A DNA stretch of 63,794 nucleotides, counting the filler, from an uncultured Gemmatimonadota bacterium (GTDB taxonomy: Bacteria; GCA-2686955): the NCBI GenBank assembly GCA_964490075.1. It is 8 parts of 8 records of this genome, joined end to end, with 100 filler letters (N's around TTAATTAATTAA, not from the genome) between each part and the next. Parts side by side here need not be neighbours in the genome. Positions count along the whole stretch, not along the records: positions 57,959 to 63,794 come from CAZBBK010000116.1; 7 more parts are not named here. One strand, given 5' to 3'. The position numbers were made by a program, and so were the translations under genes. Positions 61,949 through 63,794 of this stretch are shown here, piece after piece (position 1 is the first letter of the stretch; each line of letters starts with the position of its first letter). The notes beneath the pieces are model-generated. The model did no database searches. It saw only the letters and a list, made by a program, of their open reading frames with translations, and had not been told where the DNA came from.

Positions 61949-63794
61949 GCCGGCGCGGGGCGGCGGCGGGGCGCTGGATCGCCTTCGCGGTGCTGGTCCT
62001 GGTCGGGGCGGGCGGGCTGCGCTTCGGGCTCTGGGCCCGGGACCACGTGGCGGCGCTCACCCGCAGCGGCGACGGCGCCGGCGCCAACTGTCTCGACTGT
62101 CATGGTCCGCGCGCCCGTGCCCTGCCGACCCGGCCGCGCGGCCGCGCCTACCCCAGCCCGATCGCCCTGGCCTGGGCGGCGGGCGGCGAGCGGCTGCTGG
62201 TGAGCTGCGAGGGCACCGGCGAGATCGTGCGCATCGATCCCGAGCGGAAGGTGGTCGAGGCCCGCTGGTCGTTGGGGGGGATGCCGCACGGCATCGCGGT
62301 CCACCCGGAGCACGGCACGGTCTTTGTCGCCCTGCCACGCTTGGGGCGGGTGCTGGCGCTCGATCCCGACGCGGGCACCCAGATTGCATCGGCGGCGGTC
62401 GGGCGGCTGCCGCGTGGTTTGGCGATCGACCCCGGCGGCAAGACCCTGGTGGTCGCCAACTCCGGTTCCGACGACATCTCCCTGGTCGACGTCGAGACGA
62501 TGGCTGAGCGCTGCCGGCTGGCGGCCGGTCGCGAGCCCTACGCGGTCTCGATCGACGCCGAGGGGGCGCTCGCTCACGTCGCCAATCGCATGGCCAACCT
62601 GTCCACCCATCCCGACCGGCCGGCCTCGGAGGTGACCGTGGTCGACCTGCGCGCCGGGCGGGTGCGGGGGCGGCCGCGGGTCGACTCGGCGCATATGAGC
62701 GAGGGGATCGCCGCGCTGGCGGGGGGCGGCGGGAGGGCGCTCTTCTCGCTGATCCGGGTGCGCAACCTGGTGCCGATCACCCAGGTGGCCCAGGGCTGGG
62801 TGATGACCAGCGCGCTCGGCCTGGTGCTGCCGGGGCGCGCCGACGTGCTGCAGTTCCCGCTCGATGAGGTCAACGCCTACTTCGGCGATCCGACCGGGGT
62901 CGCGGTCGATGCCGAGGGGGGGCGGGCCTACGTCGCCTCGGGCGGCATGGACTGCGTCAGCGTGGTCGACCTGGAGCGGGTGTGGGCGCTGGCCGCGGGC
63001 GTCGAGGGCGGGGCCGGCGGCGGCGGGCCCTGGGCCGACCATCTGGGGGTGTCGTCGGACTACGTGCTCACGCGCATTCCGGTCGGGGCCAACCCGCGCG
63101 CGCTGTTGCTCTCCGGCGACGGCCGGCGGCTCTGCGTCGCCGAGCGATTGGGCTCCTCGGTCGCCATCATCGACACCCGCGGCGCGACCCTGGCGGCGCG
63201 CATCGAGCTGGGCAGCGGCGAGGCCCCCGATCGGGTGCGGCGCGGCGATCGGCTCTTCCACAACGCCGACGTCACTTTTCAGGGGCAGTTCTCGTGTCGC
63301 TCCTGCCACGCCGACGGCCACGTCGACGGCCTGGCTTACGATTTCGCCATCGACGGCATGGGCAAGAACATTCTCGACAACCGCAGCCTGCTCGGTCTGG
63401 CCGGGACCGCGCCTTTCAAGTGGAACGGCAAGAACGTCGATCTCTTCATGCAGTGCGGGCCGCGTTTCGCCCGGATCTTGACCCGCTCCGATCCCTTCCC
63501 GCCCGAGGACCTGGACCGCCTGGTCGGCTATATTCTGTCGCTTCTTGCGGCGCCGGTGCCGGAGCGGCTGAGCCCGCTGCAGGCGCGCGGCCGGGCGCTC
63601 TTCGAGCGGGCCCTGACCAACGAGGGGCGGCCGATTCCCCTTCCCGACCGCTGCCCGACCTGTCATGCTCCGCCGCTCTACACCAACCGGCGACCGAGCT
63701 CGGTCGCCACCACCACGGCGACCGACAGTCACCAGGAGTTCGACACGCCCCACCAGATCGGCATCGCCGACACGGCCCCCTACCAGCACGACCG
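61945..63794 (+). CDS. Membrane-anchored c-type cytochrome: CxxCH + YVTN beta-propeller + di-haem CCP/MauG-like domain (HzsB/C-like; 3' partial)
   Basis: Translated by hand; it is absent from the ORF track because it has no stop in the window. ATG overlaps the upstream TGA; TM helix; CLDCH (62089-62103); blades such as VANSGSDDISLVD and RIPVGANPR; CRSCH (63295-63309); TAPFKWNG; CPTCH (63652-63666); FDTP..G..DTAPYQHD. Confidence 0.85.

Overview
This is a GC-rich bacterial draft or MAG window made of 8 contigs in descending length order. They are joined by seven 100-nt artificial spacers (44 N + TTAATTAATTAA + 44 N), so gene neighbourhood across spacers means nothing. Contig 1: saccharopine-dehydrogenase-family gene, eukaryote-type cystathionine beta-synthase, FN3 lipoprotein, sulfatase-like protein, ATP-grasp protein and a kinase-TPR protein. 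Contig 2: sigma-54 activator, hybrid PAS histidine kinase, DUF1579, M3 peptidase and broken genes. Contig 3: a translationally coupled operon of secreted CotH-kinase/LTD and parallel beta-helix proteins. Contig 4: enoyl-CoA hydratase, heparinase II/III-like protein, degenerate M29 peptidase, MFS, BolA and two tandem secreted paralogs. Contig 5: a mosaic of gene fragments. Contig 6: penicillin acylase, sulfatase-like and GH57/GH119-like genes. Contig 7: secY-adk-map-infA-rpmJ-rpsM-rpsK-rpsD-rpoA-rplQ plus tRNA-Asn. Contig 8: a CRTAC1 + HzsA-like + HzsB/C-like (YVTN propeller with di-haem CCP) operon. The most notable observations are (i) the hydrazine-synthase-like operon, whose third gene is missing from the ORF track; (ii) infA with no canonical start codon, probably starting at ATC with a basic N-terminal extension; (iii) a modular family of palindromic non-coding repeats at three contig starts; (iv) an identical 26-bp putative IS end that interrupts genes at two contig ends; and (v) the secreted CotH operon with a recurring Ig-like module. 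All family calls come from motif recognition by eye; no database searches were run.
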